DNA of 64,000 nucleotides from Bacteroidia bacterium (GCA_044353855.1 JBILBF010000001.1:642233-706232), one strand, 5' to 3'. Positions 1-11,034 are shown, counted from the stretch's first letter. Notes: generated by a model not told the origin, from the letters alone. A program made the numbers and translations.

Positions 1-462
1 TCTACCAATCTTATCGAAAACCAAGCGTTTAAAAAATTCAGAATTGGTATTGCTGTAGCCGATTGGAATACAGAAATTACGCATGCACTGTTAAATGGTG
101 CTATCGATTTTTTAAAAGAAAAAGGAGTTAAGGACAAAAATATACATGTAAAATTTGTCCCTGGATCATTTGAATTACCTCTTGCAGCTTCTTGGTTGGC
201 CAAACGTAAAGATATAGATTCAGTCATTACTTTAGGGTGTGTAATACAAGGTGATACCCGCCATTTTGATTTTATATGCGATGCTTGTGCTCATGGAGTT
301 ATGCAAGTAGGATTGGAAACCAACAAGCCTATCGTATTTGGTGTACTTACAACTGATAACCAAAAACAAGCTCAAGAAAGAGCTGGAGGTAAACATGGTA
401 ACAAAGGAATAGAAGCAGCCGAAACGGCTTTAAAAATGTTATTGGTAAAAGAGCAGATTTAA
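1..462 (+). CDS. ribH: 6,7-dimethyl-8-ribityllumazine synthase (riboflavin synthase beta subunit), 5' partial at window edge
   Basis: Frame 1 translates from nt 1 without a stop (STNLIENQAFKKFRIGIAVADWNTEITHALLNGAIDFLKEKGV...VITLGCVIQGDTRHFDF...GNKGIEAAETALKML), which is recognisable lumazine synthase sequence; stop at 462. Confidence 0.9.
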   Translation, partial: STNLIENQAFKKFRIGIAVADWNTEITHALLNGAIDFLKEKGVKDKNIHVKFVPGSFELPLAASWLAKRKDIDSVITLGCVIQGDTRHFDFICDACAHGVMQVGLETNKPIVFGVLTTDNQKQAQERAGGKHGNKGIEAAETALKMLLVKEQI

Positions 463-513
463 CCAAAGGATTAATATTAAGTTAACCTTAGTTGGGTTAT
501 TATTGTAATCTGA

Positions 514-1995
514 TTGCTACGTATATTCATGCAAAAATTATTATTTTTATGTACTGTTTTATGGGTGTTGTTATACTCGTGTAAAAAGGAGTTTGATGGC
601 GAGCGCAATAACCAAAATGCACCCGAAACATTCACGTTGGTTGATTCTATTATAAGAGATTCAAACAATTTACTTTCAACCACAGTTAAAGCGAGTTGGT
701 GGGGTGTTTCCAAATCTGGTTTTATTTCAGGATACGAGGTATCAACTGACAACCAACTAACATGGCAATTTACCAAAGCACAAGATGGAACCTTTTTATT
801 AAACCTCCCTTTAGGATTTGCTAAAGGCAATTTACCTATTTTTGTTAGAGCTATTGATAATATTGGACAAACAGATCCAACTCCTGCCGTAATGGTTTTT
901 CCGGTAAAAAATACCGCCCCTACCATTGTGTTTGATTATTTAACAGGTCGTAAAACAATAACTTATCCAGCCTTTAGGTACTATTGGATAACGACTGATT
1001 TAGATGGGCCACAAGATATTGAAAGTATCGAAATAGTATTAAATGACACCAATAAAACACCATTGGTGATGCCCAGCAATACAATAGCAGCAAGTTTTGT
1101 CGCGCTAAATAACAATGGTGTTTTTGACACGTCATGTTGGGTGTACCAAAATACGCGTTCGGTTCCTTTTGCCGAAAAACTACATGGTATTCAATTCAAC
1201 AAGCTCAATTATATTTTTATCCGTTCGGTAGATAGGGTGGGAGCAAAATCTGCTTGGGTACGCGATTCAATTACCATAAAAAAACCTAAATCGGATTTGT
1301 TGTTGGTGAATGATTATAGTACCAAAGGACCTGTTCAAAAATTTTACACTACACAAGTATCTAACTTAGGACCTGCATACAGTAATTTTGACTCCTTATT
1401 GTTGCTTACCGATTTGCCTGCTGATGTTTTTACAATCATCAAAACATTGGACTTTTATAAACGGATTGTTTGGTATAGCGATAATCCTACAAGTACTTTA
1501 GGGTTGGCTCAGTTGGTTACGCAAAACTTTTTTTTACAAGGTGGTCGAATGTTGATGACTTGCGAAATTCCAAATGATTTTCCGTATAACTCCGATTTGC
1601 TCAATTTTACACCTGTGCAAGAATTAGCGCTGCCTCCATCGGGTACAATATTGCGAATGAATAAAGACGAAATAATGTATCCTTATACTCCCGCAAACGG
1701 TTGGCCTACTTTAAAAGCTGAAGCTATTCTATCGAGTGCACGTCCATTTATAACATTTAGTCAGCCTTCTGGTGCTTTTACTTACGATTCAACCTGCAAA
1801 GCAAACATTTTAGCACAAAATACTCAAGGTACAACAGCATGGACGGGTCCTTCAAATGTACTCAGCAAAAGAGTAAAAGTTAATACCGGAAAGCCTGATT
1901 TGTTGTTCTTAACCTTACCCTTACATCGGTTAAATGGGAACAATAATATGGATTCTTTTTTTAGGCAGGCACTTATAACAGAGTTAGCATTTTAA
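514..1995 (+). CDS. hypothetical secreted lipoprotein (493 aa)
   Basis: N-terminal signal peptide ending in lipobox-like LLYSCKK; no recognisable catalytic motifs; stop overlaps purN start (TAATG). Confidence 0.6.
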   Translation: MLRIFMQKLLFLCTVLWVLLYSCKKEFDGERNNQNAPETFTLVDSIIRDSNNLLSTTVKASWWGVSKSGFISGYEVSTDNQLTWQFTKAQDGTFLLNLPLGFAKGNLPIFVRAIDNIGQTDPTPAVMVFPVKNTAPTIVFDYLTGRKTITYPAFRYYWITTDLDGPQDIESIEIVLNDTNKTPLVMPSNTIAASFVALNNNGVFDTSCWVYQNTRSVPFAEKLHGIQFNKLNYIFIRSVDRVGAKSAWVRDSITIKKPKSDLLLVNDYSTKGPVQKFYTTQVSNLGPAYSNFDSLLLLTDLPADVFTIIKTLDFYKRIVWYSDNPTSTLGLAQLVTQNFFLQGGRMLMTCEIPNDFPYNSDLLNFTPVQELALPPSGTILRMNKDEIMYPYTPANGWPTLKAEAILSSARPFITFSQPSGAFTYDSTCKANILAQNTQGTTAWTGPSNVLSKRVKVNTGKPDLLFLTLPLHRLNGNNNMDSFFRQALITELAF

Positions 1996-2564
1996 TGAAA
2001 AAAATACTACTGTTTGCATCGGGAAGTGGGAGCAATGCAGATAATATTTGCCATTATTTTAACAATAATGCCAATGTAAAAGTGGTCGCTTTGTGTTGCA
2101 ATAATCCCCAAGCAGGTGTGATTGCTAAAATGGAAAAATGGCAAGTACCCGTTCTGTTAACTAGCCGAGCACAATTAAATGATGCCAGTTATTTTTTACC
2201 GCTTATTCAACAATACAAACCAGATATTATTGTACTTGCAGGTTTTTTAGTATTGGTACCTCCTTATTTGGTCAAAGAGTTTCCCAATCGTATTATCAAT
2301 ATTCATCCAGCATTACTACCAAAATATGGAGGAAAAGGTATGTATGGACATTTTGTGCACGAAGCCGTTCTTGCTCAAAACGAAACCGAACATGGCATTA
2401 CAATTCATTTGGTAAATGAAAAATTTGATGATGGTGCACACTTGTTTCAACAGTCATTTGAAGTTACACCTCTGGATAACTTGGAATCATTATCGATGAA
2501 AATTTCACTGCTCGAAATGACTCATTACCCAAAAGTGATAGATGAGTATTTGGAGCATAATTAA
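1995..2564 (+). CDS. purN: phosphoribosylglycinamide formyltransferase
   Basis: GAR transformylase signature region IINIHPALLPKYGGKGMYGHFVHEAV and N-terminal ILLFASGSGSN; ~190 aa as typical. Confidence 0.9.
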   Translation: MKKILLFASGSGSNADNICHYFNNNANVKVVALCCNNPQAGVIAKMEKWQVPVLLTSRAQLNDASYFLPLIQQYKPDIIVLAGFLVLVPPYLVKEFPNRIINIHPALLPKYGGKGMYGHFVHEAVLAQNETEHGITIHLVNEKFDDGAHLFQQSFEVTPLDNLESLSMKISLLEMTHYPKVIDEYLEHN

Positions 2565-3058
2565 GTAGACTTAATTTTTTTCTCGATAAGTGAGGTTGAA
2601 AAACCCGGAATAAAATCGATGGTTTGTACGCTGCCACCTTTTGCTGTTACAATATCATAACCCACAATATTCTCAGCAGTATAGTCGCTACCTTTTACCA
2701 AAATATCAGGTTGCACCATATTAATAAGTTCATAGGGTGTTTGTTCCTCAAATAATATTACTGCATCTACAAACTCAAAAGAAGCTAAAATTAGCATACG
2801 CGAAAACTCATCTTGTATCGGGCGATGTGGTCCTTTTAGTTCACTTACCGAGGCATCGGTATTAACGCCAATAATCAACCTGTCGCCTAGGTCGCGAGCT
2901 TTGGCTAAATAATCTACATGCCCACGGTGAATAAGGTCGAATACACCATTGGTAAATACTATTTTTTCACCACCGTCATTCCACTGTACAATTTTTTGCA
3001 TCAACATATCTGGAGTTGTACATATTTTATTTTGAATGAATTCGGTATGAGTTTGCAT
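2561..3058 (-). CDS. cytidylyltransferase-like nucleotidyltransferase (RfaE domain II / D-beta-D-heptose 1-phosphate adenylyltransferase-like)
   Basis: FTNGVFDLIHRGHVDYLAKARDLGDRLIIGVNTD matches the HxGH nucleotidyltransferase motif of the RfaE domain II / glycerol-3-P cytidylyltransferase family; 165 aa. Confidence 0.7.
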   Translation of the reverse strand: MQTHTEFIQNKICTTPDMLMQKIVQWNDGGEKIVFTNGVFDLIHRGHVDYLAKARDLGDRLIIGVNTDASVSELKGPHRPIQDEFSRMLILASFEFVDAVILFEEQTPYELINMVQPDILVKGSDYTAENIVGYDIVTAKGGSVQTIDFIPGFSTSLIEKKIKST

Positions 3059-3139
3059 ATATATCAGATATTATAATGTGCAAAATACGGATAAGTTTTT
3101 AAGATAATGAAGGATACCATTTAGAAGGGAATAATTAAT

Positions 3140-3466
3140 ATCGAATTTCGAAATAAAAGAGGAAATATGAATGAAAAAGAAAGACTAAATAAGAGAATGA
3201 AGATTATTGGATTGAAGAAATAATTAATTTCGAAATTCGAGATTAAATATTCATAACCCCCAAAGAAAATATTTTCTATTGAATGATCAGATTTAGAAAA
3301 GGGATTGTTTTCTAAATTTTAAAAATTAAATATTATTTCGAAATTCGAGATTAAATATTCATAACCCCAAAAGAAAATATTTTCTATTGAATTATCAGAC
3401 TTAGAAAAAGGGATTTTATTCTAAGTTTAAAAATTAAATATTCGAATTCGACATTCGAATTTTGAG
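3140..3466. repeat. AT-rich intergenic tandem repeat: two full 108-bp units (3227-3334, 3335-3442) plus partial flanking copies, rich in TTCGAAATTCGA / CGAATTCG palindromic cores
   Basis: Direct reading: atttcgaaattcgagattaaatattcataacccc(c)aaagaaaatattttctattgaat... repeats with period 108; each unit holds a 8-10 bp hairpin (3291-3317 and 3399-3426). Confidence 0.85.
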
Positions 3467-3469
3467 TAT

Positions 3470-4456
3470 CTATTTTTTCTGTTGTTGAGCTAACACCAAT
3501 AACGAACAAACGCCACCAATAGCTAAGAGTAAAATCATTTGTACACCATGCACAATGGTTGCGTATGCAATGCCATCTGCTTGCGCTACACCAAATAACA
3601 ATAAGGATTGCATCACAGCAAAATGGTAAGTTCCTGCACCTGCTCCTGGAGCCGGAATAATCATACCTATAGAGCCAATTACAAATACGGTTAGGCAATC
3701 CATAAAACTAAGGTGTGCAGTTGCTTGCATGGCAAATAAGCAGAAATACATCATCAATACATAACAAATCCAAATACCAATAGATAATAATAAAAATAAT
3801 AATGGATTGTTGATTTTACGGATACTCAAAAGGCCCTCGGCAAAGCCTTTACATACAACTACTATTTTTTGAAGTAAGGGATGAGCAATAATTTTTTTAC
3901 GCATTATCAATAGCAATGTTCCGAGTAGTAAAAAAAATCCTATTACTACATATTTCAGGGTGTGATCAGCCGAAGAGGGATTACTATTAATTATATTATT
4001 CAGAACAAAATTACGAAGCAATTCAAACTGTATCAAAAAAACCACAAATAATAATAGTAGTAAAATAACAACATCAAATACACGTTCGGTAACAACGGTG
4101 CCCAGTGATTTATTAACAGGTATATCATTTGTTTTAAGCAAAGAAGCGCAGCGAGAAACTTCACCCGCTCTGGGTATAATATAGTTCATCATGTACCCAA
4201 TCATTACTGCATAAAAGCTGTTTTTTGCCGAAACGGTGTACCCCAAAGCTTTGTATAACATATTAGCCCTATATGCTCGTATATAATGGCTAATAACAGA
4301 AACCGACATGCCGGCTGCAATCCACCAATAATTGGTATGCTTAAATTTGAGCATCAAATCAGCCCAATCGGTTCCTTTAAAAACAATATATAAAAACAGA
4401 ACACCAATCAGTCCAATTATTGTGTATTGAATAACCGATTTTAGCTTTGCGCTCAA
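3470..4456 (-). CDS. integral membrane protein, lysylphosphatidylglycerol-synthase-TM-like / flippase-like (UPF0104) family
   Basis: 328 aa with ~8 predicted TM helices; N-terminal region resembles LPG_synthase_TM family proteins; 4-bp overlap with panD suggests an operon. Confidence 0.55.
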   Translation of the reverse strand: MSAKLKSVIQYTIIGLIGVLFLYIVFKGTDWADLMLKFKHTNYWWIAAGMSVSVISHYIRAYRANMLYKALGYTVSAKNSFYAVMIGYMMNYIIPRAGEVSRCASLLKTNDIPVNKSLGTVVTERVFDVVILLLLLFVVFLIQFELLRNFVLNNIINSNPSSADHTLKYVVIGFFLLLGTLLLIMRKKIIAHPLLQKIVVVCKGFAEGLLSIRKINNPLLFLLLSIGIWICYVLMMYFCLFAMQATAHLSFMDCLTVFVIGSIGMIIPAPGAGAGTYHFAVMQSLLLFGVAQADGIAYATIVHGVQMILLLAIGGVCSLLVLAQQQKK

Positions 4457-4803
4457 AAGTTTAGTTTGTTGTTTTGGTCAGGATAAATGGCAATTGGTTG
4501 GTGTTTTTTGGCCACCTCAAATTCCATTGAACAGTAGGAAATGATAATTAAATGATCACCAACAAATCCTTTGCGGGCAGCTGGACCATTGAGACAAATA
4601 ACGCCTGAGTTGCGTTCTCCTTTGATAATGTATGTTTCCAAGCGCTCTCCGTTATTCACGTTTACCACTTGTACTTTTTCATTTTCAATCATATTTGCAG
4701 CTTCCATTAATGCTTCATCAATGGTAATACTGCCCACATAATGAAGCTCCGTTTGGGTAAGCTTTACTCTGTGTATTTTGGATTTTAAAACTTCTATATT
4801 CAT
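4453..4803 (-). CDS. panD: aspartate 1-decarboxylase
   Basis: [90 protein letters not shown] is canonical PanD including the GS self-cleavage site; start set at the internal ATG (4803) rather than the ORF-track start 4863. Confidence 0.9.
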   Translation of the reverse strand: MNIEVLKSKIHRVKLTQTELHYVGSITIDEALMEAANMIENEKVQVVNVNNGERLETYIIKGERNSGVICLNGPAARKGFVGDHLIIISYCSMEFEVAKKHQPIAIYPDQNNKLNF

Positions 4804-4897
4804 AAAAAGCGAGGCAAATGTATGGCAAAATTTTAGAATCACCCGATTTGTAAAGGCAAACATGCTAAAAATCCAGTAAAACTACCATATTGCATCT

Positions 4898-5875
4898 ATG
4901 AAATTAATACTTGCGCTTGAACCTCAATTGGCTAACAAAAAGATAACCTATAACGACACGTTATTATTACTAGGTTCTTGTTTTTCCGATAATATGGGTG
5001 CTTTGTTACATGATGCCAAGTTTAATGTTTTGTTTAATCCTACTGGAATTGTATTTGATCCATTAAGTATAGCTCAACATTTAAGCGATTATGTAACGGG
5101 TAAACAATATCAACCTAATGATCTTTTTCAGCACAATGAGTTGTGGCATAGTTGGCTTCATCATTCGCAGTTCTCTGCTCCTTCGCAAACACAAACTTTT
5201 ACAGCTATTAATGAGTCTATTTGTATTAGCCAACAACACCTGCAATCAGCATCGCATCTTTTTATTACCTTAGGGACAGCTTTTTCGTATTCTTTAAAAA
5301 GTGATGATAAAGCAGTGGCCAATTGTCATAAAGCACCCAAAGAATGGTTTGCAAAAAGATTGTTATCTATCGATGAAATGGTTCAGGTTTTAAAACAAAG
5401 TATTGATCAAGTAAAAAACGTAAATCCACCAATAGAAGTTGTTTTTACTGTAAGTCCTGTTAAGCATTTGCGCGATGGTATTATAGAAAATGTACACAGC
5501 AAAGCAAGGTTATTGGAAGTGGTGCATCAACTTCAAGCGCAACAATATTGCACTTATTTTCCTGCATATGAGCTAGTAACAGAAGTGTTACGTGATTACC
5601 GTTTTTATAAAAGTGATATGGCTCACCCAAATGAACAATCGATACAAATTGTATTCGACCATCTTTGTGAAACGTTTTTAACTGCTGAGTCAGCAAAACT
5701 AGTAGAAAGTGTAATGCATATTATAATGGCTAAAAAGCATAAACCAATACATGTTGATTCAACTACACATCAACAATTTTTACGTTTATTTTTGGATAAA
5801 ACAATGGGTATGCAACAACAATTGCCACAGTTAAATTGGGAACAAGAAATAAATTATTTTAGTAACAGGATATAA
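4898..5875 (+). CDS. GSCFA family protein
   Basis: N-terminal LLLGSCFSDNMG motif and overall length typical of the GSCFA domain family. Confidence 0.7.
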   Translation: MKLILALEPQLANKKITYNDTLLLLGSCFSDNMGALLHDAKFNVLFNPTGIVFDPLSIAQHLSDYVTGKQYQPNDLFQHNELWHSWLHHSQFSAPSQTQTFTAINESICISQQHLQSASHLFITLGTAFSYSLKSDDKAVANCHKAPKEWFAKRLLSIDEMVQVLKQSIDQVKNVNPPIEVVFTVSPVKHLRDGIIENVHSKARLLEVVHQLQAQQYCTYFPAYELVTEVLRDYRFYKSDMAHPNEQSIQIVFDHLCETFLTAESAKLVESVMHIIMAKKHKPIHVDSTTHQQFLRLFLDKTMGMQQQLPQLNWEQEINYFSNRI

Positions 5876-6501
5876 ATACTGTTCAAATATCTCGCTAATT
5901 TCCGTAATTAAAATTGCCTCATATTGTTGCGCTTTTCATCCATCCATTTATTTTTTCCTCCAGGTTTATAAGAGTTGCGCGCTTTTTTAGGTTCTTTATA
6001 TCGAGAATGTTTGCAGCTAGCAAAAAGGATAAAAATGGAAATGAAAAGAAGCGTTTTTATGGTGTTGGTAAACATGTTGGATTAAACTTTTGAAAACTCA
6101 ATTAACTAAAAAAAGCAAAAACCACCTAATTGGGGTAACAATTATTTTATATTGATAGTAAGATTAAGGGTAAAATGGCTTTTAAATTTTTAATGATCAA
6201 AGCTCACACGAATATTTTTTCGAAACTTTCAAGCGAATGTGTCGTCTGGGTGACTAACAACGGCTAGCCAATAAATAAAACAGATATAAATAAGTAAATA
6301 GGTTATAAAAGCGGAGCAAAAAGTATTGTATTGTTAAATATGGAGCAGTCACGGACGTTAAGTGCTAACCAACGTTTGCGGAGAGCGAGGGATTATTCCA
6401 TGATCCCATTATGGGGAGGCTAAAATCAAAGCCAGCTCGTAACCTCGCTTTTTTTAATGACTTCGCTTACATGCGCTCCTGCGTCACACTGATGCTAAGC
6501 C

Positions 6502-6536
6502 ATTAAAAAAGCCCATTAGCTTTGCTATGGGCTTTG
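6502..6536 (-). terminator. rho-independent terminator downstream of tRNA-Ser (minus strand)
   Basis: Perfect 9-bp stem aaagcccat/atgggcttt (6508-6535) followed on the minus strand by a TTTTTT run. Confidence 0.6.
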
Positions 6537-6541
6537 ACTTG

Positions 6542-6628
6542 CGGAGAGCGAGGGATTCGAACCCTCGATACCTGTTACAGTATACACGCTTTCCAAGCGA
6601 GCTCGTTCGGCCACTCTGACAGCTCTCC
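6542..6628 (-). tRNA. tRNA-Ser (anticodon GGA), type II with long variable arm
   Basis: Reverse complement reads GGAGAGC...TTGGAAA (anticodon loop, GGA)...long variable arm...GGGTTCGAATCCCTCGCTCTCCG; 87 nt; acceptor stem pairs 7/7; CCA not encoded. Confidence 0.85.
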
Positions 6629-6636
6629 GAAAATTA

Positions 6637-7386
6637 CTAGGCTTTTACAGCTTCAACCAATACTGCAATAAGTGAAGGGTCATTTTCAATTGCATTTCCT
6701 ACCACTACAATATCGGCACCAGCATTACAAGCCGCTTTCACGGCTTCTGGTGTGCGCATACCTCCACCTACAAATAAAGGAATTGTAATATTGTTTTTGA
6801 CTTCTCTAATCAGTTTCTCGGGTATAGGATTTTTGGCTCCGCTACCTGCATCCATATAAATAAATTTGAGTCCTAACATTTCGCCTGCCATTGCTGTGCA
6901 AGCTGCAATACTACTTTTATCTGAAGGTATTGGAGTGGTATTGCTCATATAACTAACCGAAGTAATATTTCCACCATCAATTAGCATATATCCAGTAGGC
7001 AAAATTTCGAGACCTGATTTTTTTAAAGTGGGTGCTGCAAGAACATGTTTGCCGATGAGCATCTCAGGATTTCGCCCAGAAATGAGGGACAAAAGTAAAA
7101 TGGCATCAGCTTGTTCATCAATTTGCATGGTATTTCCAGGAAAAAGTACAACAGGTATTGCAGTGTGTTGCTTGATTATAGTGATAGCGCGTTCGAAGTA
7201 ACCATTGGTAATAAGGCTGCCACCCACAAGTATCAAATCTACTTTGGCTGCAGTGCACATTTTACAGGTGTTTACCAACATAGCTTCATCTATGATGCTA
7301 TCGGGGTCTATCAATACAGCAAGTTGCTTTATGCCTTTGGCAGTGTTTGCAAGTAACTGGGTTAGTATCAAATTTTTCACACTCAA
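6637..7386 (-). CDS. geranylgeranylglyceryl phosphate synthase family protein (PcrB/GGGPS homolog; (S)-3-O-prenylglyceryl phosphate synthase)
   Basis: TIM-barrel GGGPS motifs: DPDS near N-terminus, VGGSL, IYMDAGSGA, LFVGGGMRTPE, ADIVVVGNAIE. Confidence 0.75.
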   Translation of the reverse strand: MSVKNLILTQLLANTAKGIKQLAVLIDPDSIIDEAMLVNTCKMCTAAKVDLILVGGSLITNGYFERAITIIKQHTAIPVVLFPGNTMQIDEQADAILLLSLISGRNPEMLIGKHVLAAPTLKKSGLEILPTGYMLIDGGNITSVSYMSNTTPIPSDKSSIAACTAMAGEMLGLKFIYMDAGSGAKNPIPEKLIREVKNNITIPLFVGGGMRTPEAVKAACNAGADIVVVGNAIENDPSLIAVLVEAVKA

Positions 7387-7656
7387 ATTGTATTATAAAA
7401 AGGACAAAAGCTTGATAATGAATTTATTTTTTTGCTTGTAAATACTAGGCAAATAAAAGACTTTTTGTGAATAAATCATGTTATGCACATATTAAGGCAT
7501 CAGAAAAACAAGGGGAAATGCTGTGGATGAAATAATGATGTGGAAAAGGCAGTTTGATAGAACGGTTTTCAGGAAGCAATTTTGGATAGAACCCCTCTTA
7601 AGGTTTTATAGCTTTAACAAAAAATACGATTAACTGAATTATTTAAAGCCTACTAT

Positions 7657-10600
7657 ATGAGCAATACCACCACCCAAAAAAAGGAACAAAAAGGCCTTCG
7701 TTTCAATCGCTTTTTTACCCAAGATGGAGTAAGTCCATTTGATTTGTATGAATACGATTCGCGTACTTCTGTCATTAAAAATCCCAATGGCGAAAAAGTG
7801 TTCGAACTTACCAATGTAGAAGTTCCCAAATCATGGAGTCAAGTTGCAACAGATGTGTTGGCCCAAAAATATTTTCGTAGAGCAGGTGTCCCATTAGCAG
7901 ATGGAAGTATAGGTGGTGAACATTCGATTAAACAAGTTGCACATCGTATGGCCAATTGTTGGATGTCATGGGGTGAAAAGTATCATTATTTTGATAGCAA
8001 AAAAGATGCTCAAATTTTTTACGATGAAATGGTATACATGATCATCGGTCAGTATGCTGCACCCAATTCACCTCAATGGTTTAATACCGGTTTGCATAGC
8101 TCATATGGCATTACTGGTAAACCACAAGGGCATTATTTTGTGAATCCTAAAACGAATAAATTGGAGCGTTCTACTTCGGCATACGAACGTCCACAACCAC
8201 ATGCTTGTTTTATTTTATCGGTTGATGATGATTTGGTCAATGAAGGCGGTATTATGGATTTGTGGGTTCGCGAGGCACGTATTTTTAAATATGGTTCGGG
8301 TGTAGGCACAAATTATTCAAAGTTGCGCGGAGCTTCCGAAAAACTATCGGGAGGTGGAACATCATCAGGTTTAATGAGTTTCCTAAAAATTGGTGACCGT
8401 GCTGCAGGTGCTATAAAAAGTGGTGGTACAACCAGGCGTGCGGCCAAAATGGTTTGTTTGGATTTAGATCATCCCGAAATTGTAGAATTTATAAATTGGA
8501 AAAAAAACGAAGAGAAAAAAGTAGCTGCATTGATTGCTGCTGGTTATCCAAGCGATTATGAAGGTGAAGCCTATGCAACCGTTGCCGGTCAAAATTCCAA
8601 TAACTCTATTCGTATTCCAAACGAATTTTTTACTGCCTTGGAACAAGACACGGATTGGAATTTAACTGCTCGCAGCAATGGCCAAACAATTAAATCCATC
8701 CCCGCTAAACAATTGTGGGATATGATAGGCGATGCAGCATGGGCTTGTGCCGATCCGGGTGTGCAATATGATACCACCATTAACGAATGGCATACTTGCC
8801 CCGAAGGTGGACGAATCAATGCATCCAACCCTTGTTCGGAATATATGTTTTTGGATAACACAGCTTGTAATTTAGCGTCATTAAACTTAATGCGTTTTTT
8901 TAATGCCGCTACCTGCCAGTATGATGTAAAAGGTATTGAACATGCTTCGCGTTTGTGGACAGTTGTATTGGAAATATCTGTATTAATGGCTCAATTTCCA
9001 TCCAAAGAAGTTGCACAATTATCATACGAATACCGCACCTTAGGGTTGGGTTATGCAAATTTAGGAACGGCATTAATGGTTGCTGGAATACCATACGACT
9101 CCTCAAAAGCATTTGCAATCGGTGGAGCAATTACCGCTATCTTAACTGGAACAGCGTATAAAACTTCGGCAGAAATGGCTAAGTATTTAGGAGCATTTCC
9201 TAAATACAAAGAGAATAAAAAACACATGTTGCGCGTAATGAAAAATCACCGTTATGCTGCCTACAATACTCCCGATTTATATGAAGGTTTAGCTATTCGT
9301 CCCGCAGGTATTGATACTAAAAATTGTCCTGATTATTTGTTAAGTGCAGCATGTACATCATGGGACATGGCCGTGCAAATGGGCGAAAAATATGGCTATC
9401 GCAATGCACAAACAACAGTTATAGCTCCTACAGGTACTATTGGTTTGGTAATGGATTGTGATACAACCGGTATTGAACCAGATTTTGCTTTGGTAAAATT
9501 CAAAAAATTATCGGGAGGGGGTTATTTTAAAATTATTAACCAATCGGTTCCAGCTGCACTAAAAAACTTAGGATATTCCCCATTACAAATAGATGCAATT
9601 ATCAAACATGCAACCGGTCATACTTCGTTAACAGGTGCTCCATTTATCAATCCTGAATCGTTATTATTTAGAGGATTTACTGTAGAAGAAATTGCAAAAT
9701 TAGACAAAGCAGCTGCAGGTGCATTTGAAATTGGTTTTGCCTTTAACCAATGGACAGTAGGTGAAGAATGTTTGCAACGGTTAGGATTCACCGCTGCCGA
9801 ATACAATAGTCCTAAATTTAATTTACTGCGCAAATTGGGTTACACCAAAACAGAAATTGATGCAGCAAATATTTATGTATGTGGAGCAATGACAGTGGAA
9901 GGTGCAGCTGACTTAAAAGACGAACATTTGGCAGTATTTGATTGTGCCAATAAATGTGGAACAACAGGCGAGCGGTATATTGCAGCATCAGGCCATATTC
10001 GTATGATGGCAGCAGCTCAACCGTTTTTAAGTGGTGCTATTTCCAAAACCATTAACCTGCCAAATGAGGCAACTGTGGATGAAATAAAAGAGTGCTACCA
10101 TTTAAGTTGGAGCATGGGCTTAAAAGCAAACGCATTGTACCGGGATGGGTGCAAATTATCGCAACCACTAAGCAATAAAAGTGATGTGGTGGATGATGAA
10201 GACATGCAAGAAGTTGTGGAATCGGTATTGGGCGAATCGGCTCATAAATCATTGGGCGAATTAACTCCTGATCAAGTATTGGAAGCTGCAACGGCTATTT
10301 TAAATAAATCGAGTGATACAGAGTTTAAACGAAAATTAGCGCGCATTGTAGAGCGTAAACAATTACCTGGCAAACGTGCTGGTTTTACCCAAAAAGCAAC
10401 TGTTGGCGGACAAACCATTTTTGTGCGCACAGGTGAATATGAAGATGGAACATTGGGCGAAATATTTGTGGATTTACACAAAGAAGGAGCAACCTTACGT
10501 TCGTTGATGAACTGCTTTTCTATTGCAGTATCATTAGGCTTGCAATACGGAGTTCCATTGGAAGAGTACGTTGATAAATTTACGTTCACCCGTTTTGAAC

Positions 10601-11034
10601 CTGCAGGTATGGTTACTGGGCATGATAATATTAAAAGTGCAACTTCCATAATTGACTATATGTTCCGCATGTTGGGATTTGAATATTTGGGCAGAGAAGA
10701 TTTTATACAAATTGCTCCCAATGAAGTGCAACGTGCAAACCTTGCAATGAATAAACCACATGTAACCATTGCACCCAAAACGATATATCCAGCAGAAGTA
10801 AATCCATTGTTGAATGAAGTTGAAACAACTGCACCCATCGGTTTTATGAAACCACAAACAACAGTGGAAACCATACAAGCCCCGATGGCCGAAATCGTTC
10901 AGCCAGACCAAACACAAGCCTATTTAAAAAGTTTTGGCGATAGCCCATCCTGCCCAAGTTGTGGTAGTTTAACTATTCGCAGTGGCGCATGCTACAAATG
11001 CATGAACTGTGGAACACAAACGGGGTGTTCGTAA
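7657..11034 (+). CDS. nrdJ: adenosylcobalamin-dependent ribonucleoside-diphosphate reductase (class II RNR)
   Basis: 1125 aa; active-site region [21 protein letters not shown]; C-terminal Cys4 zinc ribbon CPSCGS...CYKCMNCG typical of long NrdJ. Confidence 0.9.
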   Translation: MSNTTTQKKEQKGLRFNRFFTQDGVSPFDLYEYDSRTSVIKNPNGEKVFELTNVEVPKSWSQVATDVLAQKYFRRAGVPLADGSIGGEHSIKQVAHRMANCWMSWGEKYHYFDSKKDAQIFYDEMVYMIIGQYAAPNSPQWFNTGLHSSYGITGKPQGHYFVNPKTNKLERSTSAYERPQPHACFILSVDDDLVNEGGIMDLWVREARIFKYGSGVGTNYSKLRGASEKLSGGGTSSGLMSFLKIGDRAAGAIKSGGTTRRAAKMVCLDLDHPEIVEFINWKKNEEKKVAALIAAGYPSDYEGEAYATVAGQNSNNSIRIPNEFFTALEQDTDWNLTARSNGQTIKSIPAKQLWDMIGDAAWACADPGVQYDTTINEWHTCPEGGRINASNPCSEYMFLDNTACNLASLNLMRFFNAATCQYDVKGIEHASRLWTVVLEISVLMAQFPSKEVAQLSYEYRTLGLGYANLGTALMVAGIPYDSSKAFAIGGAITAILTGTAYKTSAEMAKYLGAFPKYKENKKHMLRVMKNHRYAAYNTPDLYEGLAIRPAGIDTKNCPDYLLSAACTSWDMAVQMGEKYGYRNAQTTVIAPTGTIGLVMDCDTTGIEPDFALVKFKKLSGGGYFKIINQSVPAALKNLGYSPLQIDAIIKHATGHTSLTGAPFINPESLLFRGFTVEEIAKLDKAAAGAFEIGFAFNQWTVGEECLQRLGFTAAEYNSPKFNLLRKLGYTKTEIDAANIYVCGAMTVEGAADLKDEHLAVFDCANKCGTTGERYIAASGHIRMMAAAQPFLSGAISKTINLPNEATVDEIKECYHLSWSMGLKANALYRDGCKLSQPLSNKSDVVDDEDMQEVVESVLGESAHKSLGELTPDQVLEAATAILNKSSDTEFKRKLARIVERKQLPGKRAGFTQKATVGGQTIFVRTGEYEDGTLGEIFVDLHKEGATLRSLMNCFSIAVSLGLQYGVPLEEYVDKFTFTRFEPAGMVTGHDNIKSATSIIDYMFRMLGFEYLGREDFIQIAPNEVQRANLAMNKPHVTIAPKTIYPAEVNPLLNEVETTAPIGFMKPQTTVETIQAPMAEIVQPDQTQAYLKSFGDSPSCPSCGSLTIRSGACYKCMNCGTQTGCS

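Noticed and set aside
477-926. 149-aa minus-strand ORF
   Set aside because: It lies entirely inside the well-supported plus-strand lipoprotein gene (514-1995); antisense shadow ORF.
3140-3466. Possible CRISPR array given regular repeats
   Set aside because: The period is 108 bp with near-identical full units and no unique spacers, and there are no cas genes; it is a tandem duplication, not repeat-spacer architecture.
6007-6090. 27-aa small ORF (MFAASKKDKNGNEKKRFYGVGKHVGLNF) in the ORF-free gap before tRNA-Ser
   Set aside because: Too short to support without conservation or RBS evidence; noted only as a candidate small protein.
7387-7656. Cobalamin riboswitch upstream of nrdJ
   Set aside because: No B12-box-like (GCCACTG / AGYCMGG) conserved elements are visible. 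NrdJ uses AdoCbl as a cofactor and is not typically riboswitch-repressed.
8464-10917. Multiple 60-127 aa ORFs inside nrdJ on the opposite strand or in other frames
   Set aside because: They are embedded in a confidently identified 1125-aa class II RNR; typical spurious ORFs.
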